From NCBI GenBank assembly GCA_964606465.1, contig CAZSGI010000001.1, positions 1 through 37,004 of the forward strand: 37,004 nucleotides of DNA. Direction: 5' to 3'. The position numbers were made by a program, and so were the translations under genes. The notes under the pieces are model-generated. The model did not search any database and had not been told where the DNA came from. It was given only the letters and a program-made list of their open reading frames with translations. The stretch comes from an uncultured Gammaproteobacteria bacterium (GTDB lineage Bacteria; Patescibacteriota; Patescibacteriia; UBA2169). Shown one piece after another: positions 23,951 through 32,690 of the stretch (within the stretch, counting starts at the first letter, position 1; each line of letters begins with the position of its first letter).

Positions 23951-23974
23951 GAAACGAGAGCTTGCTCTCGTTTC
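23951..23974 (+). promoter_or_regulatory. 10-bp perfect hairpin in the predicted pilM 5' leader
   Basis: gaaacgagag-cttg-ctctcgtttc. No U-run follows. It lies between the candidate -10 element and the A-rich, SD-less leader (aaaaaaacaaaacaacATG). Confidence 0.5.
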
Positions 23975-24053
23975 GGCCGAGCGACGTAATTTCACGAAGT
24001 ATAATCCACTTATACCACTTGTCTCGTGTGAATAACTAAAAAAACAAAACAAC

Positions 24054-25235
24054 ATGTTGAATCTTTTTAAGGGCAACACCTCGTCGTTTCTTGGAATTGA
24101 TATCGGCACCAACTCCATCAAACTGGTTGAGCTTGAGAGCGTCGGCGGCCGGCCGCGCCTGGTTACCTACGGCATGGTGGATGTTGAGTCTTCCATTGCC
24201 CGGAGCACTGATGCCGGAGGCGATGCGCTGGACAACCAGAAAATTGCCGGCGCGCTCTCCGCGCTGCTCAAAAAGACCGGCGCCCGTTCACGGAGCGCGG
24301 TGGCGGCGCTGCCGAATTTTTCCGTGTTCTCAAGCGTCATCTCCCTGCCCAAGCTCGGCGAGAAGCAGCTCGCCGAAGCCGTGCAGTGGGAAGCCAAAAA
24401 GTTCGTGCCCATGCCCATTGAGAACGTGGTGCTCGACTGGAAGATACTGGACGAGGAAGAGCAGAAAGAGGCATCGGGCGAATCAAGCGAGCCGTCTGAA
24501 CGTTCGGACAAATCGCGGCAGGACGCGCAGAACCAATCGGCCGCTCCCGCCGAAAAGAACAGCAGCTTGGCAGCGTGCAAAGTCGTGGCGCACATCCTGC
24601 TCACCGCCGCCCCCCGGCATCTGGTGGAGCGGTACGTTGCCATCTTCAAGCTTGCTGGTGTCGCGCTCTTGAGCTTGGAAACCGAGTCGTTCGCGCTTGC
24701 GCGGAGCCTCGTGGGCAACGAGGCGGGCGCCATCCTCATCGCGGACGTGGGATCGCTCACCACGGACGTTACGGTGATCAGAAAGGGCGTGCCCGTGTTC
24801 TCGCGCTCCATCAACGTGGGGGGGAGCACGGTCACGCGCGCCATCGCGGACGGCATGGGCATTTCCGTGGAGCGCGCGGAGCAGTTTAAGCGGGATACGG
24901 GCATTGCCGCCGCGGGTAACTCGCCGCAACAACCCGGAGCAGGAGGCGTCGTTGGCATCATCCAGCAGAGCTTTTCGCCCGTGATTTCGGAGATGCGGTA
25001 CACGCTCGAGCGCGAGCAGCGCGCGGGCGGACCCATCGAGAAGATTCTTTTGACCGGGGGGTCGGCGTTCCTCTCGTCTCTCCCGAGCTACATCAGCACG
25101 TCGCTCAACGTGAAAGTGTTCATCGGAAACCCATGGGCGCGCGTTTCCTACCCCAAAGATTTGGGTGGCGTTTTGGAGCAGATCGCGCCGCGGATGGGGG
25201 TTGCCATCGGGCTTGCCATGCGCGAAATCGAGTAA
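24054..25235 (+). CDS. pilM: type IV pilus assembly protein PilM (actin-like ATPase fold)
   Basis: GIDIGTNSIKLVELE phosphate-1 motif, ADVGSLTTDVTV, and C-terminal ILLTGGSAFL. It contains an acidic insertion of about 44 aa (residues about 133-176). Confidence 0.92.
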   Translation: MLNLFKGNTSSFLGIDIGTNSIKLVELESVGGRPRLVTYGMVDVESSIARSTDAGGDALDNQKIAGALSALLKKTGARSRSAVAALPNFSVFSSVISLPKLGEKQLAEAVQWEAKKFVPMPIENVVLDWKILDEEEQKEASGESSEPSERSDKSRQDAQNQSAAPAEKNSSLAACKVVAHILLTAAPRHLVERYVAIFKLAGVALLSLETESFALARSLVGNEAGAILIADVGSLTTDVTVIRKGVPVFSRSINVGGSTVTRAIADGMGISVERAEQFKRDTGIAAAGNSPQQPGAGGVVGIIQQSFSPVISEMRYTLEREQRAGGPIEKILLTGGSAFLSSLPSYISTSLNVKVFIGNPWARVSYPKDLGGVLEQIAPRMGVAIGLAMREIE

Positions 25236-25245
25236 CCGTTGTTCC

Positions 25246-26487
25246 ATGACATCCGCGAAACCAAACGGAATAAACTTACTTCCCCGAGAGCTCACTCGCT
25301 CGAAAAAGCAAGACAGGCGCGCACCAAACGCGCCGCTGGTTGAGTACACGGACGTTTCGGAACAAGGGGGTGGGGTTGCGGACGCGCAGAAAAAACCTCG
25401 GTTTTTTTCGCGGCTGCTTTCCATTTTCAGGCCGGCCAGAAAAGGCGCCCAACCGGCGCGCGACGCGGTTTCGGAAAAACCTCTCCAGCAACCAACCGGC
25501 GCGCGCCTCCCGGTTGCAAAGGCGCGGGAAAAAGATTTGCCTGCCGGCGCGCCGCTCCCCTCGGCGCTCTTTGCGGACGCGAAGAAGAAAAGAGCTGCTC
25601 CGGAGCTCCCGGCGGCCTCGGACGGCATTGCCGCCAGAGCGGTGATGCGCATGCACGAGCCGGATTTTTTGGATGCAAGCCTCATCCATCCCGCGCAGCC
25701 GCTTCCAACTCCGGCTCTCATGGAAGCGCAAGAGCCGCACACTCACCCTTCTCCCGAAGCGCCCGGAGCCGGACGGCGAGCCGAAGGCGAGCCCAAAACG
25801 GAACCGAGGATTCCAACGAAACCCGTGCAACCTCCCGCGCCGAGCGTGGCGGCCGTCGTTGGGCAGAAAGCCCTCTCTGGAGAGACGCAAGCTCCGGTGC
25901 ACCGTGTGTCGACTTTTGACGTCAATTTGCTTTCCGCTGAATATACCCGGACGTTCCAGAACGTCAACCCGCTCGCCGTGCTCCTCTCGTGGGCCGTGGT
26001 AACGGCGCTCGTCGCCGGCGTCGGCTACGGGCTGCTCGCGCTGTACGAAGTTCGCGCCACTGCACGCCTCGCGGAAGCGAAACGCGTCGCATCGGCGCTC
26101 GAGGAAACCATCGCCACGTACGAGGATCTTTCGGCCGAGGACAGCGTGCTGCGCCGCAAAGTCGCCGCCGCGCAGGAGCTCATCAATGACCACGTGTCGT
26201 GGCATGCGTTTCTGGGGAAGCTCGAGGAGGTGACGATTCCGGAAATCACGTACACGAGCATGGCGGCTTCGACGGCGGGGGTCATGAACATCACGGCGCT
26301 GGCGGGCGATTACACGGGGCTCGCGCGCCAGATGGTGGTGTTCCAAGAGACACCGTGGATAACCGACATCACCATCACCGCCGCGACCCGGGTGGAGGAA
26401 TCGCCGACCCAACCGCCGGGCGTTTCCTTTGACATGTCTCTTGAAGTCAGCCCGGACGTTTTGTTCACGGATGCGCGCTATGATTGA
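25246..26487 (+). CDS. pilN: PilN-like protein with a long disordered cytoplasmic linker
   Basis: N-terminal GINLLPRE (the PilM-binding motif) lies 10 nt after the pilM stop. A second VNLLSAEY lies 17 aa before the single TM helix LAVLLSWAVVTALVAGVGYGLLAL. A coiled coil and a PilN-like C-domain follow. Confidence 0.8.
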   Translation: MTSAKPNGINLLPRELTRSKKQDRRAPNAPLVEYTDVSEQGGGVADAQKKPRFFSRLLSIFRPARKGAQPARDAVSEKPLQQPTGARLPVAKAREKDLPAGAPLPSALFADAKKKRAAPELPAASDGIAARAVMRMHEPDFLDASLIHPAQPLPTPALMEAQEPHTHPSPEAPGAGRRAEGEPKTEPRIPTKPVQPPAPSVAAVVGQKALSGETQAPVHRVSTFDVNLLSAEYTRTFQNVNPLAVLLSWAVVTALVAGVGYGLLALYEVRATARLAEAKRVASALEETIATYEDLSAEDSVLRRKVAAAQELINDHVSWHAFLGKLEEVTIPEITYTSMAASTAGVMNITALAGDYTGLARQMVVFQETPWITDITITAATRVEESPTQPPGVSFDMSLEVSPDVLFTDARYD

Positions 26488-27187
26488 CGCAGGACAGCAA
26501 CAGGAACCTCCGCAGCGCGCTCCGTTTCCCGCGGAGGGCGAGGCGCGCGGGGTGAGTGGGGAGGTTTCTCCGCCCAAGAAGAGCGCGGTTGAGAAGCCGA
26601 AGCTCGCGAGTTTCATGTCGGAGTGGTTCGTGCAGTACTACCGCGCCGTGACGCTCGCGGCGTGCCTGGTGATTTTCGCGGCGCTGTACGCCCTGGCGCT
26701 CCACCCCAAGCTTGCCCGCTCCCGGTCAATTTCGGGCGGAGAGCTCCGGGCCGTCCAGGGGGAGCGGTACACGCTCGAGCGGCAGCTCGGGTACCTCGCC
26801 AAGCTCAGCGCGGAGAGCGGGAGGGCGAGTGCGGCGACCATCAAGGACGTTCGCGACCTGCTCCCCTCGGACCCGGCAACGCCCCAGATCCTCACGAGCT
26901 TGGAGAACATCGCGCGCGAATCCGGCGTGGTGATTGACGCCGTTGAACTGGTGGTCCCGATTGAGGCGGATGAAAGCGCTGCCGCGTCCGACGTTGTCTT
27001 GCCGCTGGGGGTTTCGTTTGTGGAGGTGACGCTCTCGGTTGCCGCGAGTCCCTACGGGGCGCTCAAAACCCTGTTGAAAAACATCGAGGCGAACATCCGC
27101 CTGATGGACGTGATGGCGGTGGTGTACTCTCCCATCGGCAAGAGTTACTCCATTACGCTGCGGGCGTACTATTTTTTGGAAGATTGA
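26480..27187 (+). CDS. pilO: PilO-like pilus assembly protein
   Basis: ATGATTGA start/stop overlap with pilN. TM helix YYRAVTLAACLVIFAALYALAL, then a coiled coil and an alpha/beta domain (LPSDPATPQILTSLENIARESGVVIDAVEL). Confidence 0.72.
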   Translation: MIDAGQQQEPPQRAPFPAEGEARGVSGEVSPPKKSAVEKPKLASFMSEWFVQYYRAVTLAACLVIFAALYALALHPKLARSRSISGGELRAVQGERYTLERQLGYLAKLSAESGRASAATIKDVRDLLPSDPATPQILTSLENIARESGVVIDAVELVVPIEADESAAASDVVLPLGVSFVEVTLSVAASPYGALKTLLKNIEANIRLMDVMAVVYSPIGKSYSITLRAYYFLED

Positions 27188-27209
27188 CGGTTTCTTGATT
27201 GCGAACGGT

Positions 27210-27545
27210 ATGGCGTTAGTGCAGAGAAAAATATCAAAAGCAAAACAGCTCCGGCTCGCCGGTGCGTTGGCGCTGATCATCGGCGCCACGCTCTCGGTTG
27301 CGTACTTCGGGTTGCTGCGGCGGGGCGGTCCGCCGTCCGCTTCGACCGCCGCGGTCTCCTCCGCACCCGCGGAGCGGTCCGTAGCGAGCATTCCTTCGCA
27401 GACGGGTTTTGAGGCCGCGAGCGAGCTCGAGGGACTCCCGCTGTTTCGCGCGCTGCGAACGTTCGGGGTTTGGCCGCTGCCGCTTGATCCGCGCGGTCGC
27501 AGCCAGCCGTTCATTTTGGAATCGCCGGAATCGCCAGAGCTATGA
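27210..27545 (+). CDS. small single-pass membrane protein, pilus-operon associated
   Basis: 111 aa with TM helix LAGALALIIGATLSVAYFGLL. ATGA overlap with the pilB start. No family recognised. Confidence 0.5.
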   Translation: MALVQRKISKAKQLRLAGALALIIGATLSVAYFGLLRRGGPPSASTAAVSSAPAERSVASIPSQTGFEAASELEGLPLFRALRTFGVWPLPLDPRGRSQPFILESPESPEL

Positions 27546-29278
27546 GCGCGCCATTTTTGCAATTCCTGATCTCGCAGAACGCGGTAGGCGCCAAAGACGC
27601 CGAGCGCTTGAGCGCGGAGTACGAGCGCGGCGAACGGTCGCTCGAGTCCGTGCTGCTCGAATCCGGGAGCATGGACGACGATGCGATTCTGCGGTACAAG
27701 GGAGATTTTTACCACGTGCCCGCGGTAACGCTTGAGAACAAGCTCATTGACCGGAACGTTTTGGGGCTGTTTCCCAAAGAGGTGGTCACCAACTACCGCA
27801 TCGCTCCGTTTGAGTACGAGGACGGCAGCGTGCGCGTTGCCATGGTGGACCCGGAAAACCTCAAGGCGCGCGAAGCCGTTGATTTTCTGGCCCGCCAGAA
27901 GGGCTGGAACACGCAGTTTTACGTGACCACGGAGAAGGGGTTGAAGCACGTCTTGGATCAGTACAGCGGCACGCTCACCAGCGAGGTGGGAGAGGCGCTT
28001 GAGTACGCGGACAGAGCCGAAGCGCAAGCGGGCGAGAAGCGAGAGAAGAAGCAATCCGAGGAGGACTTGGAAGAGGTGGTCAAGAGCGCGCCGGTTTCGA
28101 AGATGGTGAGCGTGATCCTGCGGCACGCGGTGGAGGGCGGAGCCTCGGACATCCACATCGAGCCGCAGGAGAACGAGTCGCGGGTGCGCTACCGGATTGA
28201 CGGGGATCTGCACGCGACGCTCGCGTTGCCCAAGTACATCCACAACTCCATCGTCTCGAGAATCAAGGTGCTCGCCAATTTGAAGCTGGACGAGACCCGC
28301 AAGCCGCAGGACGGCAGGATTCACCTCGAGGTCAGCGGGAGGCAGATTGATTTCCGCATCTCCACGCTGCCGCTCGCGGGAGCCGAGAAGGTGGTGATGC
28401 GCATTCTGGACGTAACGCGCGGCGCGCCGACGTTGGACGAGCTCGGGTTCATCGGCCGCAACCTTGCGGTCATGAAGCGGCAGATTACGAAGCCGAACGG
28501 CATGTTTTTGGTGACCGGACCCACAGGATCCGGAAAATCAACCACCCTGTTCTCCGCGCTCTCCGTCTTAAATCAAGAGAAGGTGAACATCATCACGCTC
28601 GAAGACCCCATTGAGTACTACCTCCCCGGCGCCAACCAGTCCCAGGTGCGGCCAGAGGTGGGGTACACGTTCGCCTCGGGTTTGCGCTCCATCCTGCGCC
28701 AGGACCCGGACATCATCATGGTGGGCGAAATCCGCGACAACGAGACCGCCAGCCTCGCGGTGCAGGCTGCGCTCACCGGCCACATCGTGCTCTCCACCCT
28801 GCACACGAACGACGCCCTCGGCTCCATCCCGCGCCTCATTGACATGAAGGTGGAGCCCTTCTTGCTCGCCACGACCCTGAATATCGTGCAGGCCCAGCGC
28901 CTGGTTCGGAAAATCTGCCAGCACTGCAAGGAGGAAACCGAGCTGCCGCCGGATTTGGCGCAAAAGGCGCAATCGGTTCTCGTTTCGGTCCCTGACGCGG
29001 CGCTCTACGCGGGCGTTGACCGCGCCAAGCCGACGTACTACAAAGGCCGCGGCTGCTCCAAGTGCGGCGAAACGGGCTACCAGGGCAGGCTTTCCATCTC
29101 CGAGGTCATTGAGAACACCAAAGCCATGCAAGACATTATCTCCAAAGGGTTCGACCGCGCCTCCGCCGAGCGCGAGCTCCAAAGCCAGGGGTTCATCTCC
29201 ATGATGCAGGACGGCATCATGAAGTCGCTCTTGGGGTTGACCACGGCGGATGAGGTGGTTGTCGCCACCAAGGAGTAA
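27542..29278 (+). CDS. pilB: type IV pilus assembly (extension) ATPase PilB/GspE family
   Basis: GspE N-terminal domain. Walker A GPTGSGKST, Asp box LEDPIEY, Walker B DPDIIMVGEIRD, His box TGHIVLSTLHT, and the tetracysteine CQHC...CSKC. Confidence 0.96.
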   Translation: MSAPFLQFLISQNAVGAKDAERLSAEYERGERSLESVLLESGSMDDDAILRYKGDFYHVPAVTLENKLIDRNVLGLFPKEVVTNYRIAPFEYEDGSVRVAMVDPENLKAREAVDFLARQKGWNTQFYVTTEKGLKHVLDQYSGTLTSEVGEALEYADRAEAQAGEKREKKQSEEDLEEVVKSAPVSKMVSVILRHAVEGGASDIHIEPQENESRVRYRIDGDLHATLALPKYIHNSIVSRIKVLANLKLDETRKPQDGRIHLEVSGRQIDFRISTLPLAGAEKVVMRILDVTRGAPTLDELGFIGRNLAVMKRQITKPNGMFLVTGPTGSGKSTTLFSALSVLNQEKVNIITLEDPIEYYLPGANQSQVRPEVGYTFASGLRSILRQDPDIIMVGEIRDNETASLAVQAALTGHIVLSTLHTNDALGSIPRLIDMKVEPFLLATTLNIVQAQRLVRKICQHCKEETELPPDLAQKAQSVLVSVPDAALYAGVDRAKPTYYKGRGCSKCGETGYQGRLSISEVIENTKAMQDIISKGFDRASAERELQSQGFISMMQDGIMKSLLGLTTADEVVVATKE

Positions 29279-29297
29279 GGCGCCGCGCAGCTTTCAT

Positions 29298-29684
29298 ATG
29301 CTTATGACCAACCAACCAATCGTGCTCATCGCGGAAGACGACCAGTTCTTGAGCCGCATGTACGCAACCAAGCTCTCGGGAGCCGGCATTTCGGTCGTGG
29401 TCGCGGAAGACGGGAAACAGGCGCTCGATGCGGCGCGCAAGCAGAAGCCCGGCCTCGTGCTGCTGGATATCCTGATGCCGAAGATGGACGGGTTTGAGGT
29501 GCTCGCCGAGCTGAAGAAGGACCCGAACCTCAAAGACGTTCCGGTGGTGCTCCTGACCAACTTGAGCGAGGTTGACGACGTTGCCCGCGCCAAAAAGCTG
29601 GGCGCCGCCGAGTACCTTATCAAAGCCCACTTTTTGCCTTCGGAAGTGCTCGCGGTGGTGCGGAAGTACCTTACGAGCATTTGA
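29298..29684 (+). CDS. stand-alone CheY-like response regulator receiver domain
   Basis: IAEDD acidic pocket, phospho-acceptor Asp in VLLDILMPKMDG, Thr in VVLLTNL and Lys in YLIKAH. There is no output domain. Confidence 0.9.
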   Translation: MLMTNQPIVLIAEDDQFLSRMYATKLSGAGISVVVAEDGKQALDAARKQKPGLVLLDILMPKMDGFEVLAELKKDPNLKDVPVVLLTNLSEVDDVARAKKLGAAEYLIKAHFLPSEVLAVVRKYLTSI

Positions 29685-29690
29685 TGAGCT

Positions 29691-30851
29691 ATGCCTGAAC
29701 CAGTTGCCGCGTCACCACCAGAGGCGTCCCAAACGCCCTCCGCGAAACCGCCGGACCAGGCGGTTTCCGCCCCGAGCGCGTCCGCGACCGACATTCTGCA
29801 TTTCGAAAAGTGGCTCGCAACGCTTGGCGAGCGGAAGGCCACGGATTTGCACCTCTCGGTCGGCACGGTGCCCGCGCTCCGGATCGACGGCGTCATCAAA
29901 CCCATGCTCGAGGAAGAGGTGATCACCGCGGAGCGGATGGAGCGCATCGCCGAGTACGTGCTCTCCGCGGAAGAGCTGGCAACGCTTTCCCAAAAAAAGC
30001 AGCTCACCACGAGCAAGACGCTCAAGAAGTTCATGCGGTTCCGCATCAACTTCTTCTACAGCCGCTCCTTTTTGGGAATCAGCATGCGCCACATTCCGGA
30101 TTCGTGCGTGCCCCTCGCCGAGCTCCCGCACGCCGCGCTGCTTTCGGAGCTCCTGGATGCCACGGCCGGGCTCTTCGTCATTGCCGGCCCGTTCGATTCC
30201 GGGCGGACCTCAACGGTCGAGAGCATCCTCTCGGAGATGAACCAGTCGCGCGCGCGGTACGTGGTGACCTTGGAATCACCCATTGAGTACGTGCTGCCGA
30301 GCAACCAGTCCGTGGTGGCGCAGCGCGAGGTGGGGTCCGACGTTCCGAGCTACGCGGAGGGCGCTGCCGCGCTCCTGGAAGAAGACGCCGACGTCGTGGT
30401 TTTGGGCGCCGTCCCGGACGGGCGCTCCCTCCAAACCGCGCTCTCGCTCGCCAACTCCGGCAGGCTCGTGATCGCCATCACCGAGGGGAACCACACCGTT
30501 GCCGTGCTCGAGCGTTTGCGGGATTTGGCGAGCGAGGGAGACCGGGTGCGGATACTGCACGAACTCGGAGACGCGCTCATTGGCGTCACGACCCAGCTCC
30601 TCTTGCCCAAGGTCGGCGGCGGCCGCGCGCTCGTGGTGAGTGTTATGCGGGCGACGCACCCCATCAAGGCCCTGGTGCGCGAGGGGAAGTTTGACCAGAT
30701 TCCGAACATCATGCAGACCTCCCGGCAGGAGGGGATGGTCACCACCGATAAGGCGCTCGTCGAGGCGGTGCGCGCCGGCGCGGTCGCGCTCGCCGACGCC
30801 AAGGAGTACGCGGTTGACATCAACCAGTTTAACGTTCTGGCGGCGCACTAA
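29691..30851 (+). CDS. pilT: PilT-family protein with degenerate ATPase motifs (predicted pseudo-ATPase)
   Basis: PilT-like ATDLHLSVGTVPALRIDG and PIKALVREGKFDQI. However, Walker A is GPFDSGRTS, Walker B is DADVVVLGAVPD and the His box is SGRLVIAITEGNHT. Confidence 0.88.
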   Translation: MPEPVAASPPEASQTPSAKPPDQAVSAPSASATDILHFEKWLATLGERKATDLHLSVGTVPALRIDGVIKPMLEEEVITAERMERIAEYVLSAEELATLSQKKQLTTSKTLKKFMRFRINFFYSRSFLGISMRHIPDSCVPLAELPHAALLSELLDATAGLFVIAGPFDSGRTSTVESILSEMNQSRARYVVTLESPIEYVLPSNQSVVAQREVGSDVPSYAEGAAALLEEDADVVVLGAVPDGRSLQTALSLANSGRLVIAITEGNHTVAVLERLRDLASEGDRVRILHELGDALIGVTTQLLLPKVGGGRALVVSVMRATHPIKALVREGKFDQIPNIMQTSRQEGMVTTDKALVEAVRAGAVALADAKEYAVDINQFNVLAAH

Positions 30852-30853
30852 CT

Positions 30854-32062
30854 ATGCCTTTCTTCGATTACCTTGCGGTCAACGAGTCGTGCGAAGAGGT
30901 CACCGGCGTGGTGGACGCGGTGAACGACGAGGTTGCGCTCGGCACCCTCACGGACCAGGGGCTCTTGGTGCTCTCGTTAAAGACGCGCGAAGAGAAACGG
31001 GGGTTCACCAGAGAGATAACCTTGTTCTCCCGCGTGAAGGTGAAAGATTTGGTGGTGTTCTCGCGCCAGCTTGCGGTGATGGTTTCCGCGACCTTGCCCG
31101 TGGTGACCGCGCTGCGCATTCTCGTGAACCAAATCGAGAGCGTCCCGCTCAAAATTGTGATTTCAGACGTCGCGGACGCCGTGGACGGGGGAGCCAGGCT
31201 CTCGGACGCGCTCGGGAAGCACCCCAAGGTGTTCTCCAATTTTTACACGAGCATGATCCGTTCGGGCGAGACCGCGGGAAAGCTGGACGAGGTGTTGAAT
31301 TACCTCGCGGATCAGCAGGAGAAGGACTACGACCTCGCAGCCAAGACAAAGGGCGCCATGATCTACCCGGCGTTCATCCTGTTCGGGTTGGTGGTGGTGG
31401 GGTTTGTGATGATGGTGTTCGTGGTTCCCAAGCTCACCGAGATCCTCGCGGAGAGCGGGGCCGCGCTCCCCGTCACCACGAAGATGCTGATTTCCGTTTC
31501 CGGATTTTTCCAGTCGTCCTGGTGGCTGTTTTTGGCGCTCGTCGGCGCCTTGCTGTTCGGGGCGCGCTACTACCGGAAGACCGCGGCGGGCAAAAAGCAC
31601 ACGGATTTCATCATGCTGAAAACGCCGGTTTTCGGCCCGCTCATCTTTCAAAAAATGTACCTCGTGCGGTTTACGCGGTCGCTCTCAACCCTCATCACCG
31701 GCGGGGTTTCTCTCACCGAGGCGCTCGCCATCACCGGCGACATCGTGGGCAACGAGGTCTACCGCGACGTGATCCGGCAGACCATCCGCGAGGTGGAGGA
31801 CGGCAACTCCATCGCCACCGTGTTCCGGGAGTCCGACGTGGTGCCGGGCATGGTCACGCAGATGCTCGCGGTGGGAGAGCAGACCGGCCGGCTCGACACG
31901 GTCCTGAACAAGCTGTCGGATTTCTACGCGCGCGAGGTGGACAACGCGGTCGCCAACCTGGTTACCTTGATCGAGCCGTTCATTCTGGTGCTGATGGGAA
32001 TCGGCGTCGGCATCATGGTGGCCGCCATCCTCTTGCCCATGTACAACCTCGCGGCGGGCTAG
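30854..32062 (+). CDS. pilC: type IV pilus platform protein PilC (GspF family)
   Basis: 402 aa with two GspF-type repeats (FSRQLAVMVSATLPVVTAL and FTRSLSTLITGGVSLTEAL) and three hydrophobic segments. Confidence 0.95.
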   Translation: MPFFDYLAVNESCEEVTGVVDAVNDEVALGTLTDQGLLVLSLKTREEKRGFTREITLFSRVKVKDLVVFSRQLAVMVSATLPVVTALRILVNQIESVPLKIVISDVADAVDGGARLSDALGKHPKVFSNFYTSMIRSGETAGKLDEVLNYLADQQEKDYDLAAKTKGAMIYPAFILFGLVVVGFVMMVFVVPKLTEILAESGAALPVTTKMLISVSGFFQSSWWLFLALVGALLFGARYYRKTAAGKKHTDFIMLKTPVFGPLIFQKMYLVRFTRSLSTLITGGVSLTEALAITGDIVGNEVYRDVIRQTIREVEDGNSIATVFRESDVVPGMVTQMLAVGEQTGRLDTVLNKLSDFYAREVDNAVANLVTLIEPFILVLMGIGVGIMVAAILLPMYNLAAG

Positions 32063-32140
32063 GCGCGCGTTGGAAGCTTTTTTACGCGGGCGGCAACGAG
32101 CGGGTGTGGATAACATAATTTATGCAAAGTAGTGTAAATG

Positions 32141-32149
32141 TGGTATAAT
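32141..32149 (+). promoter_or_regulatory. consensus extended -10 promoter TGGTATAAT of the pilin genes
   Basis: tggtataat lies 26 nt upstream of ATG 32176. It is bracketed by the 7-bp inverted repeat gtaaatg (32134-32140) and catttac (32160-32166). Confidence 0.6.
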
Positions 32150-32175
32150 GTAGCGGTACCATTTACTCAAACAGT

Positions 32176-32658
32176 ATGATGAAAAGACAAAACAACGCAG
32201 GTTTCACGTTGATTGAATTGCTGGTGGTGATCAGCATCATCGGTATCCTCTCCACATTGGCGGTGGTTTCTCTGAATAACGCGCGGGTCAAAGCGAGAGA
32301 CGCCAAGCGCGTTTCAGACATTAAGCAGCTCCAGACCGCGCTCGAGTTGTACGCGTCCGATTCAAACGGGTACCCCGCGGCAAGCGATCTGACGCTGGGG
32401 AGCGGAGCCGGCGCCACCTTGAGCAAAGACGGCGGTTTTGCGGCAACAGTTTCCGGAACCACGTATATGGGCAAGGTTCCCGCGAACGCAACGCCCGGCG
32501 GCTCGGATTACCAGTACAGCTCGTTCACGAGCTCCGCGGCATCCACCTCGTGCGGAACGGCTCCGTGCCCCTGGTACCAGGTTACCTTTACCTTGGAAGA
32601 GGTGACGGGCAGCCTTTCAGCCGGCGCGCACACCGCGGATCCGAATGGGATTAATTAA
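32176..32658 (+). CDS. type IV pilin paralogue 1 (prepilin, class III signal peptide)
   Basis: MMKRQNNAG|[16 protein letters not shown], the N-terminal cleavage/methylation motif with Glu at +5. The mature part has 2 Cys. Confidence 0.92.
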   Translation: MMKRQNNAGFTLIELLVVISIIGILSTLAVVSLNNARVKARDAKRVSDIKQLQTALELYASDSNGYPAASDLTLGSGAGATLSKDGGFAATVSGTTYMGKVPANATPGGSDYQYSSFTSSAASTSCGTAPCPWYQVTFTLEEVTGSLSAGAHTADPNGIN

Positions 32659-32690
32659 TAACCACGTTTATCATTACGCACTAAAAGTGT

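Noticed and set aside
24483-25742. 419-aa ORF on the - strand opposite pilM/pilN
   Set aside because: A shadow ORF antisense to well-supported genes, with no recognisable domain.
25276-26616. 446-aa ORF on the - strand opposite pilN/pilO
   Set aside because: Its composition is Arg/Gly/Pro-rich nonsense-like and I recognise no motifs. It lies antisense to genes with clear PilN/PilO features. It is a typical shadow ORF of GC-rich DNA.
26726-28324. 532-aa ORF on the - strand opposite pilO/pilB
   Set aside because: It is antisense to a PilB gene with all ATPase motifs intact. The translation is low-complexity and Arg/Leu/His-rich, so I treat it as a shadow ORF.
32134-32166. 7-bp inverted repeat gtaaatg/catttac flanking the pilin -10 element, read as an operator
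   Set aside because: It is recorded in the promoter feature but not raised as a finding. A 7-bp inverted repeat with a 19-nt spacer is only marginally above chance, and I did not find a second copy of the half-site upstream of other pilus genes.
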